Notes under the pieces: model-generated
The model's input: the letters and a program-made list of their open reading frames with translations, nothing else
The model's database searches: none
Told to the model about the DNA's origin: nothing
Position numbers and translations under genes: made by a program
Source of the DNA: Scyliorhinus canicula
Lineage: Eukaryota
Reading direction: 5' to 3'
Assembly: GCF_902713615.1 (NCBI RefSeq)
Contig: NW_024055475.1
Location: 1-64,000, forward strand
Length of the DNA stretch: 64,000 bases
Part shown: positions 35,451 through 48,115 of the stretch, one piece after another
Position numbering within the stretch: position 1 is the stretch's first letter
How the letters are laid out: each line of letters begins with the position of its first letter

Positions 35451-36283
35451 CAACTCGGAATTTCCACCGTTTTTGTTCCCTGGTGTCTGTCTTGGCCCGA
35501 AATTCTGGTAATAATTTGGGAATTAGTACTCAATTATTTGTTGTGTGATATACGTCCCAGCGTCTAGGGTTCACTCCTTGATATGTACCTACGTTCTGTC
35601 TGCATTGAATATAGCCTGGGAGTTATTTATTTGGCCAACATGGAGAGTGTAAACTCGTGCTGCAGCGAATCTGGTCGTGTCTTGATTGTCACTGTGAAGG
35701 ACACCTTTCTTCTCCCATTCATTACCCTGTATCGGTCTCTGATGAAGCAGAGAACCCGCTGTGCAGAATTACCTGACGTGGAACTGTGACTGACCAGAGT
35801 ATAAGTGAAATGAGTGCAATGAGAAAATGGATCGGCACAAAGGGGCTTTGGAGACAGGAGTTCAGCAAAGTCACAATCAGTTTATTGTTTATTTAGGATT
35901 TATTTCAAAGATTCTGAGAAATAATTGCAGAAAAGTTCATTTTCAAATTAACAAAAGAAAATATAACAATTGAGCGTCGCACTACGAGCAGAACGCATCC
36001 GCTCTGAGCTGTCAAATACATCTGCAACATGCAGTAGAAAGAGAGAACAGGAACTCATAAAAGGAAGGCAATAATTGCGAATAAGGAGTGAAAAAATGTT
36101 ACTTATTTACAAATGGAAATCAAACTACAGAACAATTATAAGCTAAAATTACAATACATCTATATTATTACTTATATTGCAAACTGAGAAACATTTTAAG
36201 ATCACCAGGGACATATTATGAATTCGTAATAGAGATATTGATGAAGAGCTGATGAAAATCTACGATCTCCAAAATTCAACCGG

Positions 36284-36292
36284 TCACTTAAT
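36284..36292 (-). CDS. IGHM: IgM TM2 exon (IK-stop)
   Basis: CTTCTTTTACAG|ATT AAG TGA, 139 nt after the TM1 donor. AATAAA (minus) at ~35881-35886. Confidence 0.7.
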   Translation of the reverse strand: MK

Positions 36293-36431
36293 CTGTAAAA
36301 GAAGATTAAATAACAAAGCAGATGTTTGTGATCTAGGGCATTAGTGTTAGATTTTGTAATCAATGAAAACTGCAATGAGTTTTCAAACTGCTGCTGTCAG
36401 TTTTAAGTGTGAGTGAATTGAATCTTCTCAC

Positions 36432-36464
36432 CTTCGCCAGAGTGACTGCTGTGCTGTACGAAAT
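36432..36464 (-). pseudogene. IGHM: IgM TM1 exon, 3' half
   Basis: ATT TCG TAC AGC ACA GCA GTC ACT CTG GCG AAG|GTGAGA = ISYSTAVTLAK, the conserved Ig transmembrane motif. Confidence 0.85.
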
Positions 36465-37531
36465 AGAACATAGAACACTACATAGAACACTACAGCGCAG
36501 TACGGGCCCTTCGGCCCTCGATGTTGCGCCGACCTGTGAAACCATCTGAAGCCTATCTGACCTACACTATTCCATTTTCATCCATATGTCTATCCAGTGA
36601 CCACTTAAATGCCCTTAAAGTTGGCGAGTCTACTACTGTTGCAGGCAGGGCGTTCCACACCCCTACTACTCTCTGAGTAAAGAAACTGCCTCTGACATCT
36701 GTCCTATATCTCTCACCCCTCAATTTAAAGCTATGTCCCCTCGTGTTGGTCATCACCATCCGAGGAAAAAGACTCTCACTGTCCACCCTATCTAACCCTC
36801 TGACTATCTTATATGTCTCTATTAAGTCACCTCTCAGCCTTCTCCTCTCTAACGAAAACAACCTCAATTCCCTGAGCCTTTCCTCGTAAGACCTTCCCTC
36901 CATACCAGGCAACATCCTAGTAAATCTCCTCTGAACCCTTTCCAAAGCTTCCACATCCTTCCTATAATGTGGTGACCAGAACTGCACGCAGTACTCCAGG
37001 TGTGGCCGCACCAGAGTTATGTACAGCTGCAGCATGACCCTGTGGTTCCGAAACTCAATCCCCCTGCTTATAAGGCTAGCACACCATATGCCTTCTTAAC
37101 AGCCCTATTAACCTGGGTGGCAACTTTCAAGGATTTATGTACCTGGATGCCGAGATCTCTCTGTTCATCTACACTACCAAGAATCTTGCCATTAGCCCAG
37201 TACTCTGCATTCCTGTTACTCCTTCCAAAGTGAACCACCTCACACTTTTCCGCATTAAACTCCATCTGCCACCTCTCAGCCCAGCTCTGCAGCTTATCTA
37301 TGTCCCTCTGTATCCTATAACATCCTTCAGCACTATCCACAACTCCACCGACCTTCGTGTCATCTGCAAATTTACTAACCCATCCTTCTACACCCTCTTC
37401 CAGGTCATTTATAAAAATGACAAACAGCAGTGGCCCCAAAACAGATCCTTGCGGTACACCACTAGTCACTGAACTCCAGGATGAACATTTGCCATCAACC
37501 ACCACCCTCTGTCTTCTTTCAGCTAGCCAAT
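36465..37531 (-). mobile_element. Young 5'-truncated CR1 inserted in IgM TM1
   Basis: RT and C-terminal ORF2 with one apparent frameshift (ORFs 37068-37505 and 36562-37035). TTCTATG tail repeats abut the TM1 3' half. Confidence 0.92.
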
Positions 37532-37623
37532 CAGGAAGAACAGGCTGATGAATGTGGAAGTGGTTCTCCAGATGTTGCCGTTATCATCCTCATAGTCTTC
37601 CGTCCAGGTGTGGTCTGTGTTAT
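37532..37623 (-). pseudogene. IGHM: IgM TM1 exon, 5' half
   Basis: CCTTCGTAG|AT AAC ACA... = DNTDHTWTEDYEDDNGNIWRTTSTFISLFFL, then CR1 sequence with an in-frame TAG at 37523-37525. Confidence 0.88.
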
Positions 37624-37759
37624 CTACGAAGGTGGAGCCGAGGAAATGTAGTTAAATTGTGTTTCCTTCCAGGATATCTTGTGTTATTATACATATTATC
37701 TTTTATCTTTCTTAAGTGAGTAATATATTCTCGAATTTAATAATCATTGTATATCTTCT

Positions 37760-38925
37760 ATAAGACCATAAGACATAGGAGCAGAATTAGGCCACTCGTC
37801 CCATCGAGTCTGCTCCGCCATTCAATCATGGCCGATATTTTTCGCATCCCCATTCTCCTGCTTTCGCCCCATGACCCCTGATCCACTAATTGATCAAAAA
37901 CCTATCTATCTCTGTCTTAAAGACACTCAGTGATTTGGCCTCCACAGCCTTCTGCGGCAAATAGTTCCACAGATTCACCACCCTCTGCCTGAAGAAATTC
38001 CTCCTCATCTCTGTTTTAAAGGATCGTCTCTTTAGTCTGAGAGTGTGTTCTCTGCTTCTAGTTTTCTCCAAGTGGAAATATCCTCTCCACGTCCACTCTA
38101 TCCAGGCCTCGCAATATCCCGTAAGTTTCAATAACATCACCCCTCATCCTTCTAAACTCCGACGAGTACAGACCCAGAGTCCTCAACCGTTCCTCATACA
38201 AGTTCTTCATTCCAGGGATCATTCTTGTGAGCCTCCTCTGGACCCTTTTCAAGGCCAGCACATCCTTTCTTAGATAGGGTGCCCAAAACTGCTCACAATA
38301 CTCCAAATGGGATCTGACCAGAGCCTTAAGAAATGAAAATCGCTTATTGTCACAAGTCGGCTTCAAAATGAAGTTAATGTGAAAAGCCCCTAGTCGCCAC
38401 ATTTCGGCGCCTGTTCGGGGAGGCTGGTACGGGAATATAGCCTCAGAAGTCCACCCGTGGTTTGTATTCTAGCCCTTCCGACATGAATGCTAACATTGCA
38501 TTTGCCTTCCTACTGCCGACTGAACCTACACGTTAACCTGAAGAGAATCGTGAACAAGGAGTCCCAAGTCCCTTTGTGCTTCTGATTTCTTAAGCATCTT
38601 CCCATTTAGAAAATAGTCTATGCCTCAATTTCTGCTTCCAAAGAGCATAATCTCACACTTTCCCACATTGTATTCCATCTGCCACTTCTTTGCCCACTCC
38701 TAGCCTGTCCAAGTCCTTCTGCACCACCCACCTGCTTCCTCAATGCTATCTGCCCCTCTACATGTCTTTGTATCATCTGCAAACTTAGCAACAGTGCCTT
38801 CAATTCCTCCTTCCAAATCATTAATGTATATTGTGAAAATGTGTGGTCCAAGCACAGGCCCCTGAGGCACACCACTAGTCACCGCCTGCCATCATGAAAA
38901 AGATCCCTTTATCCCCACTCTGCTG
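37760..38925 (-). mobile_element. CR1 ORF2 3' part with a SINE tail insert at ~38330-38430
   Basis: SGVPQGPVLG, AKFADDTK, RSHLEYCEQFW and RRNFFRQ. Confidence 0.88.
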
Positions 38926-39359
38926 AGTTCGTGCCACTTAGAAACCTATCTCTGTCACTGTCTACACAGCTCTTCTTCCTTTACCTTCCTCAAACTGTCA
39001 GGGTCGAAAACATGGCAGCTTTTATTTAGTTTCAGTTTATTTTTGAACAATTTGTTACAATGTGAGATTAATACGATTGATATTGAGGGAAGTTCACTGA
39101 GCTTCTTATTTGAAAACTGTAATATTTATGTTAAGGATTCGGACGTCAGTTCCTGTCTTAGTTGTTTATGGTAATGGAAACACTTATGCGTTAGTGGGAT
39201 CATTATTAAATGGGGATAGATTTTGGTGAATATGCCCATTAAATGTTATATTAGTAATATACTCTCATCTTGTCGTTTGTCTTTAATGCTGAACTAACTC
39301 GTGATTTGCCTTGAACGGTTTGCCTGTCCCAATGTGTTTATGAGCGTTCATTTCATTGT

Positions 39360-40050
39360 TCATGTACCATGAGTTTTAACCTGTGTTATTGTCTGTGCAT
39401 TTCGTGCTTCTGTCTATGTTTCTGTATGAATGAGATATTTTGTATTGAAGTCTATGTTTATTTATTCAGAGTTGTGTTAATGCGCGCTTATGTGTTCTGG
39501 CCTGGTATATATGTAGTGATATGTTTCCTTCTGCACCACATATCTATCAATATACGAATGTTTATGCGAGTGTGTGTGTCTGTGCCCGCGTATATACGTC
39601 TGTGTTGATGTGTTAATACGTGTATGTATGCATTGATAGATTTATATGACTATGTTTTGAAATGTATACGTCCCCTGTGTACTAATGTGTGTTTTTGTGT
39701 CCTCTCGTGTATGAGCACGCTAATGTTTGCATTTAACTGTGTGCATCCGAATGCTCTGCTGTATTCATGTATGTCTTTCTTTATCCGTGTGTAAGCTGTT
39801 AATGTGCTTCTCCGTGTGCCCATATATGTGTGCTAATGTGGGCGGCAGTGTATATCTTCATGTCTGTGTTACTGTCTTCTCAATATGTGCTGCTGATTAT
39901 GATGATGGTTCCAACTGTGTTTTATGTCCTTGTGTGAGTCTGCTTGTCTTGTTTAACATATCTGCGTTTGTATTTGTGTGTATCTGCATGTGCATGCGTA
40001 TGTGTGCATTTCTGTGTGTGCGTGTGTATTTTGTGCGTGTCTGCATGTGT
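39360..40050. repeat. TG-rich low-complexity tract
   Basis: Degenerate (TG)n/(TATG)n. Confidence 0.75.
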
Positions 40051-40337
40051 CAGCACACGACTAACAGGAAATGGAGCATTATTTGATTTAGAAATTGTCC
40101 TGTTTTAAGATATATTTTACACACTAGGATTGGCCTGATGGAAGAAGAAAACACGACCACGAAGTTAGAAATGACATGCATTGTTGAAAGCTGTGTTCTT
40201 CCGGCCTTCCGAACTCTTCGGCTGGGGGAGTGGGAGGACAGTGAGTTCATTGTTTCGCCCCCTCGAAAGGAATTTTCCTTTCCATTCAGTGTGTTAAGAA
40301 TATGGTGGTGCAATGCGTTATCTAATGCTTTTCTCCT

Positions 40338-40640
40338 ATGGGCGGCATGGCAGCACAGTGGGTAGCACTGTTGCTTCACAGCGCTGGAGTCCCATGTTCG
40401 ATTGCGCTTGGGTCACTGTCTGAGCAGAGTCTGCACGTTCTCCCTGTGTCTGAGTGCGTTTCCTCTGGGTGCTCCGGTTTCCTCCCACAAGTCCTGAAAG
40501 ACGCGCTGTTTGGTGAATTGGACATTCTGAATTCTCTCTCTGTTTACCAGAACAGGCGCCGGAATGTGGCGCCTGGGGTTTTTTCACAGTAACTTCATTG
40601 CAGTGTTAATATGAGTCCACCTATGACAATAATACATTTA
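40338..40640 (+). mobile_element. SINE
   Basis: GGGCGGCATGGCAGCACAGTGGGTAG head, core and GAACAGGCGCCGGAATGTGG tail. Confidence 0.8.
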
Positions 40641-40749
40641 ATTATTATTATTTTTCTTGGTGACTTAGAAACAAAATCTGTTAACGATTTCTTCGTCAGT
40701 TTTCTATGTTGGGTAGTGAAAATACAATGGGTTGAATAATGAACCTCTC

Positions 40750-43720
40750 CCGCTCTTTGTTGGGGATATATGGATGCATTGGGTCAAATAATGTCTCTCC
40801 TCTTCAGTTTGTTGGGGGAAGTGGGTTAGAGTGAATTAAAAAATGCAGGTGTCTTTGTTGGTGGGGGCCTTCCCCACCGCCCCTTCACCTCTCTACGTTA
40901 GGGAAATAAGAGGGACAGTGAATTAACTAATGCTCCTCCCCCTCTCAATGTTGGGGAGGTGGGGGCACAATGTATTAACTAATGTCCCTCCCCTCTCTTT
41001 GATGGGCTAGTGGGGGAACAGTGCATTAACTAATGCCCCTGCCTCTTGCTTGGGCATGTGAGGGGCACAGTGGGTTGACTAATGCCGCTCCCCCCCCTCT
41101 TCGTTGGGAAAGTGGGGCTACAGTGGATTAACAACAGGGGATGTTCACAGTAATTCATTGCAATTTTAATGTAAACCTACTTGTGACACTAATAAAGGTT
41201 ATTATTATTAATAGCCCTAAACCACTCGTTGTTGGGGAGGTTAGGGGACAGTGGCTGCACCAGTTCCCTCCTCTTTCTTTGTTGGGTAGTGGGGGTAGAG
41301 TGGATTAACTAATACCCCCGCTCGTTGTTGGTGAACGGGTATAGAGTGGATTGACTAATACACCCCTCTTTGTTGGGCAATGGGGGTAGAGTGGATTAAC
41401 TAATACCCCCGCTCTTTGCTGGGCAGTTGGGGTAGCGTGGATTAACTAACATCCCCGCTCTTTGCTGGGCAGTTGGGGTAGAGTGGATTAACCAATTCCC
41501 CCCCCCCCCGACCCCGCTCTTTCCTGGCCGGTGGGGGAAGAGTGGATTAACTAATACCCCCACTCTTTGTTGGGCAGTGGGGATAAAGTGGATTGACTAA
41601 TACCCACCCCCACTCTCTTTTGGGCAATGGGGGTAGAGTGGATTAACCAATACCCCCACTCTGTGTTGGGGAAGTGGGGGTACAATGGATTGACTCATTC
41701 CCCTCTCCCACTCTGTGTTGGGGAAGTGGGGGTACAATGGATTGACTAATTCCCCTCTCCCACTCTGTGTTGGGGAAGTGGGGGTACAGTGGATTGACTA
41801 ATTCCCCTCTCCCACTCTGTGTTGGGGAAGTGGGGGTACAATGAATTGACTAATTCCCCTCTCCCACTCTGTGTTGGGGAAGTGGGGGTACAACAGATTG
41901 ATTATATCCCTCTCCTACTCTGTGTTGGGGAAGTGGGGGTACAATGGATTGATTAATTCCCCTCTCCCACTCTGTGTTGGGGAAGTGGGGGTACAATGGA
42001 TTGCCTAATTTCCCTCTCCCACTCTGTGTTGGGGAAGTGGGGGTACAATTGATTGACTAATTCCCCTCTCCCACTCTGTGTTGGGGAAGTGGGGGTACAA
42101 GGGATTGACTAATTCCCCTCTCCCACTCTGTGTTGGGGAAGTGGGGGTACAATGGATTGACTAATTCCCCTCTCCCATTCTGTGTTGGGGAAGTGGGGGT
42201 ACAATGGATTAACTAATTCCCCTCTCCCACTCTGTGTTGGGGAAGTGGGGGTACAATGGATTGACTAATTCCCCTCTCCCGCTCTGTGTTGGGGAAGTGG
42301 AGGTATAGTGGATTGACTAATTCCCCTCTCCCACTCTGTGTTGGGGAAGTGGGGGTACAATGGATTGACTAATTCCCCTCTCTCCCACTCTGTGTTGGGG
42401 AAGTGGGGTACAATGGATTGACTAATTCCCCTCTCCAACTCTGTGTTGGGGAAGTGGGGGTACAATGGGTTGACTAATTCCCCTCTCCAACTCTGTGTTG
42501 GGGAAGTGGGGGTACAATGGATTGACTAATTCCCCTCTCCCACTCTGTGTTGGGGAAGTGGGGGTACAATGGATTGACTAATTCCCCTCTCCCACTCTGT
42601 GTTGGGGAAGTGGGTGTACAATAGATTGATTAATACCCCTCTCCCACTCAGTGTTGGGGAATAGGGGGTATAGTGGATTGACCAATTCCCCTCCCCCACT
42701 CTGTGTTGGGGAAGTGGGGGTACAATGGATTGACTAATTCCTCTCTCCCACTCTCTTTTGGGGAAGTGGGGGTACAATGGATTGACTAATTCCCCTCTCC
42801 AACTCTGTGTTGGGGAAGTGGGGGTACAATGGATTGACTAATTTCCCTCTCCAACTCTGTGTTGGGGAAGTGAGGGTATAGTGGATTGACTAATTCACCT
42901 CTCCCACTCTGTGTTGGGGAACTGGGGGTACAGTGGATTGACTAATTCCCATCTCCCACTCTGTGTTGGGGAACTGGGGGTACAATGGATTGACTAATGC
43001 CCGTGTCCCACTCTGTGTTGGGGAAGTGGGGGTATAGTGGATTGACTAATTCACCTCTGCCACTCTGTGTTGGGGAAGTGGGGGTACAATGGATTGACTA
43101 ATTGCCCTCTCCCACTCTGTGTTGGGGAAGTGGGGGTACAATGGATTGACTAATTCTCCTCTCCCACTCTGTGTTGGGGAAGTGGGGGTATAGTGGATTG
43201 ACTAATTCACTTCTCCCACTCTGTGTTGGGGAAGTGGGGGTATAGTGGATTGACTAATTCACCTCTCCCACTCTGTGTTGGGGAAGTGGGGGTACAATGG
43301 ATTGACTAATTGCCCTCTCCCACTCTGTGTTGGCGAAGTGGGGGTACAGTGGATTGACTAATTTCCCTCTCCAACTCTCTGTTGGGAAGCGGGGGTATAG
43401 TGGATTGACTAATTCCCCTCTCCAACTCTGTGTTGGGGAAGTGGGGGTACAGTGGATTGAATAATGCCCCTGTCCCACTCTGTGTTGGAAGTGGAAGTAC
43501 AGTGGATTGCCTAATGCTTCCCCCTTTCTTTGTTGAGAATACGGGGGCACAGTGGATTAAAAAATGCCTCTGTCCCTCTCTTTGTTTGTGAAGTGGTGTG
43601 ATAATGGATTGACTAATGCCCCTTCTCCGCTCATTGTTGGGAAGTGAAGGTACAGTGAATTAGATACAGTCGCCCCACGCTTTGTTGTGAATTGGGGTTC
43701 AGTAGATTAACAATGTACCT
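40750..43720. repeat. 52-bp minisatellite in the Cmu4-TM1 intron
   Basis: Unit CTCTGTGTTGGGGAAGTGGGGGTACAATGGATTGACTAATTCCCCTCTCCCA (period 41711 to 41763). About 35 homogeneous copies at ~41660-43500, with diverged flanks. Confidence 0.95.
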
Positions 43721-44160
43721 TTCTCGTCTCTTGGGATAGTTGGCCCATGTTTCTGTGTGACCCGCAATTCAGTTTGCAGAGGGTGTGAGGCAGCAACTTA
43801 CAGCTGACATCATCTTTCAATGAATGGACAATGGGAAAAGCAGGTACACCGAGATGTAAATGTGATGCGTTTGTTTATCTGAAATGGGAAATTGCCCTAC
43901 TTATCCACAGCGGGAGGAAAGCTGATTTATTTATTTTGCGGAAGGCTATAATGAATGAGATTTACTTAGTTTCTAGCGCATAATAGAGCTGCGCGCATTG
44001 CTTCCGGAAAACTTTGAGTCCTGTAAAGATCCGATCTTTACCAAACAGATCTGGCATTAGGACAAATGGAAACAGTATTTGAGCGGATGTGTATTTAAAT
44101 CACAAGGAGAAGTAAAAACATTTATTATTTTTTGCAGTTCGAAATGAAAGTGCTAAATTC

Positions 44161-44552
44161 TCACTGACATGAATTAACGGTGTCCATCAGAGCGAGGGAA
44201 ATGTTCACAAAACTGGGTTTACCGCTGGATTTATCAACCGTTCTGTTGATGATCTTCAAGGGGATGGCTTCATGTCCCACCACACAGGAGTAAGAAGCGC
44301 CGCTGGCCCACTCCTCCGCTGCAATGGATAACAGGCTGTACATGAAGAAGGAGCTATTGCCGTTCTCCGCCATCACCTCGGTGTTCTTGTAGTTCCCGGG
44401 ATTCACCGGCTTGTCATTGACGGTCCACTTGACGAAGATCTCTCAGGGGGAGAAACCTCTCACTAAGCAGCTGAGGGAGACGAATCTCTGAGCGGAGACG
44501 TCTTCAGCCGAGGGCAGGAGGACAGAGACGGACGGTTCCCGCGGATTGGGAT
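44161..44552 (-). pseudogene. IGHM: IgM Cmu4 and secretory tailpiece, with a nonsense codon
   Basis: TTTCTGCAG|AT CCC... = DPNPREPSV...[16 protein letters not shown]...SCVVGHE...[26 protein letters not shown] at 44443-44445. Membrane donor G|GTAAA at 44222. AATAAA (minus) at 44121-44126. Confidence 0.95.
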
Positions 44553-44889
44553 CTGCAGAAAATGCACAATAAATGTCAATAAAATGGGGAATTCCGGAGA
44601 CAATGGAACCGCCGGTTAGATGTGAGAGAAATGTGCTTTGTGTTGGATTTTAAAGGTCTACATTTTCCACTTTGGGATCTGACGGGTTTCCCAGCTCGTA
44701 GCAGAGGTTTGGCTGAGAATTCACGGGGTTGCACCAGAAAGTTTCAGAAAGTGGACAGCAGGGAAACAGGCCATTGATCCAACTGTTGCGTGTTGGTGTA
44801 TAAGCTTCACACCCGGCTATCCCCACCTTACTCCCAGAGGATTGGAAAACTGCCGAAATTCAAAACAGGGAGAGAAACAAAAAAGGGCC

Positions 44890-46215
44890 AGTGACCTTAA
44901 CACCTGTCAGTGGGAGACAGTTAGTGTCCATTATAACGGATGTAATAACAGAGCATTTAGAAATACATAACATAATCTCGCAGAGTCAGCGCGGCTTCCT
45001 GGAGGGAAAATCATGCTTCACAAATTTATTGCAACTATTTGAGGAAGTAACAAACAGGCCAAAAAGTGAACCAGTAGATGTTGGCGGCATCGTAGCACAG
45101 TGGTTACAACTGTTGCTTCGCAGCTCCAGGGTCCCAGGTCCGATTCCTGGCATGGGTCTGCACGTTCTCTCCATGTCTGCGTGGGTTTCCTCCCACAGTC
45201 CAAAGATGTTCAGGTTTGGTGGATTAGCCATGATAAATTAATCCTTAGTGTCCAAAAAGGTCAGATGGGGTTACAGAGATAGGGTGGAGGTGTTGTCTTA
45301 AGTAGGGTGCTCTTTCCAAGGACCGGTGCAAACACAATGGGTCGAATGGCCTCCTTCTCTACTGTAGATTCTATGATTCTATGTAATCCACGTGAATTTC
45401 TAAACAGCGATGAATAAGTGAATGTACTATTACCAAGCTGGCAGAAGATACATAAATAGGGAGGAAGGCAAGTTAAATGAGAATAGGCAGGTGGAACTTC
45501 ATGTCAGAAAATGTAAGAATATGTACCGTGGTAGGAGAAATAAAGGAAATGAACTTTAATTAGGATAAAGATGGATAAGGACTGCAGAAACGAGGGATTT
45601 GGGGAATTACAGAACGCGAACATGCAACTAATAGGGAATGTTGACCTTCATTTTAAGTGGAATGGAATATCAAAATAGGGAGGCCTTGCTATAACTCTAC
45701 AGTGCACTAGCTACACCACATCTTATGTACTTGAATAATTTTGGCGCCCTTATCTCAGGAAGACATATTATTTTTAAAAGCTGTCCAGAGAATGTGCACG
45801 AGGTTCATCCCGGGTATGGGGGGATTTTTGTGAGTGGTTGAGCTGGTTGGGCCTGTACTCACTGGAGATTAGAATGAAGACGATCTGATTGAGACAAAAA
45901 GATTCTCAGAGGGGTTTACAGGGTAGATACTGAGAGGTTGCTTTCCCTTGTCGAAGGGTCTTGGACAGGGGCATAATTTCAAAGTAAGGGAACCCCTATT
46001 TCAGATAGACATGAGCAGGAATTTCTTCTCTCAGAAGGCAGAGAATTTGTGGAATTGTTTAACACAGATAGATATAGGGACTTGGTCGTGAAGTATATTC
46101 AAGGCTGCGATGAACAGATTTTTAATCAGTAAAAAAAATCAAGGGATATGGGATTATGGCGGGAAAGTGGAATTGAGATTGATATCAGATCAATCATGAT
46201 TTCGATGAATGCCGG
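44890..46215 (+). mobile_element. Degenerate CR1 with a nested SINE (~45080-45385)
   Basis: SQRGFLEGKSCFTNLLQLFEEV is interrupted by a full SINE; the RT 3' region resumes after it. Confidence 0.8.
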
Positions 46216-46480
46216 TCAGTCTTCATGGGCCCCCTTGCCTAGGCCAGCTCTTATCACTTATGGTCAATGTTCTTGCTCCATCTGAACTAAATATCACCGC
46301 CTTCAATTCATTCATCATTCATATCGATTTCCCCATAAATTCTACAGGCGCAGATTATTTAGTTAGCGGAATTACCCATCAGAGTAGACCGAAGATGTAC
46401 TGAACACTAAATATTGACCGTTCTACTGACGCTAGAGATAGACGCAATGACTCACTTATTGCTTCAATGACACAGCTCAC

Positions 46481-46789
46481 CTATATTCTTATGGATGGAA
46501 TTTCTTAAAGGAGTTGGCAGGTCTTGATGGGTCGCCACACAGTCAAAGACAGCCCCACTCAACCAGTCTTGTGTCGAGATGTTTAATCTGCTGACCACGC
46601 TCTCAGTATCTGCCCAAGGCTGGTCGGTAATCTCTGATTTCAGCGGCTTCTTTGCTTCACTCCAGGACACGTTGACTCTATATGGAGCATTCGAAACAAT
46701 GCATGTTAAGGTTACAGTCGCCTCCAGTAAGACCTGTTCTATTGGCGGTGGCAGTAATGTTACTGAGGCATCAGTGCAAAGGGACGGAT
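46481..46789 (-). CDS. IGHM: IgM Cmu3 exon, intact
   Basis: TTCATAG|AT...G|GTGAG, 309 nt, [32 protein letters not shown]...SW...[14 protein letters not shown]. Confidence 0.93.
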
Positions 46790-46916
46790 CTATGAATGAA
46801 AAAATGAAATCAACCCAAGTTCCATCTCAAGAAACAGGACAGCAGGATTCAGCCTTCACTCACTCAATGGGAATAAATCAACTTCGAAATATCAACCCTA
46901 ACGATTGCCTTTATAA

Positions 46917-47095
46917 GGGGCTGGTTTAGCTCACGCAGCTAAATCGCTGGCTTTTAAAGCAGGCCAGCAGCACGGTTCAATTCCCGTACCAGCCTCCCCG
47001 GACAGGCGCCGGAATGTGGCGACTAGGGGCTTTTCACAGTAACTTCATTGAAGCCTACTCGTGACAATAAGCGATTTTCATTTTTTCATTTTCAT
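46917..47095 (+). mobile_element. Short tRNA-head SINE
   Basis: GGGGCTGGTTTAGCTCAC...GGTTCAATTCCCG...GTGACAATAAGCGATTTTCA. Confidence 0.8.
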
Positions 47096-47590
47096 ATTTT
47101 GGATACACAAAGGAAAACAAGCTTGTGTATGAAAACTATTCTCATTGTTAAAGTCGTTCAACCCTGGTATCATTCCAACGAAAAAGCATTTCAATATTCC
47201 CAATTCGAGAACACCATTGCTGATCGATGGAACGCAGTAATGAACGCCGATCCATAAATAGATTGGATGAACTTTCTCCGGAGCTGTTATCAGTAAAGGG
47301 TTCCTTGCACCCCCTGCCTCTCAAATACAATCAGTTGTCTCAGGATAAAGCTGATATCAAGTCCACTTCACTCACTAAATTATTTGAAGGTAGAGAAAAC
47401 ATTCTTTACTGTTCTGATAAAATTCTGAATGGTGAGCAATCCTAATGGAGCTCTGACATCAGAATGAAACACAAACTACATGGCAGTAAATTTGAAGTTG
47501 TTCTGTGTTTTGTAACTTTAGTAAATTCCTGATTTGGATTAACATCAGAGTGCAGGCTGATTTATTGTTTCCTCTGTTTGTGTCTCTTAC

Positions 47591-47902
47591 CAGACGCGGT
47601 GATGTTGTGACTTTGGGTGACCTCTTGATGAGTGACCTGACAGGTATATACCGCTTTGCTGAACCATTGCCCAGCGGAGACTGTCAGCCGACTGCTCGCC
47701 GAGAAGGTCCCGTTCACTTCACAGGCGGGAGAGGGGACAATTCCTGAACCCAGTGGTTGTCCATTCTTCAGCCACTTTACCGTCATTGCCTTTGGACGAA
47801 AATCGTTGATTGAACAGACGATGGTTGTAAATTTCTGTCTTGTGATTTCTTCACTGTTACTCATGGTGAGGATAACAGTTGGATGGTTGTCAGGCAGGCG
47901 GC
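47591..47902 (-). CDS. IGHM: IgM Cmu2 exon, intact
   Basis: TTCTTGAAG|GC...G|GTAAG, 312 nt, [12 protein letters not shown]...TIVCSINDF...KWLKNG...YTCQVTH. Confidence 0.92.
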
Positions 47903-48115
47903 CTTCAAGAAACACGTGTTAGACATTTCTTACAGAAAAACAATGAGAATAAATAAAATGGCCTCATACTTTAACAGTAATTTTGCGACCAATATACACT
48001 AAGCTGGTATTTCCATGGATCAGGACAATGAAGTTTAGTGTAAATGGGTTACAACCAAGACCCTATACAATGTAATCATAGGCTTGCTGTTTCTCACAAT
48101 TTCCACAACACTTAC

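Noticed and set aside
41660-43550. Tandem array as a CRISPR array, switch region or repetitive protein
   Set aside because: There are no unique spacers and the context is eukaryotic. It lacks AGCT-rich units and lies 3' of Cmu4 rather than in the J-C intron. The ORFs are repeat translations.
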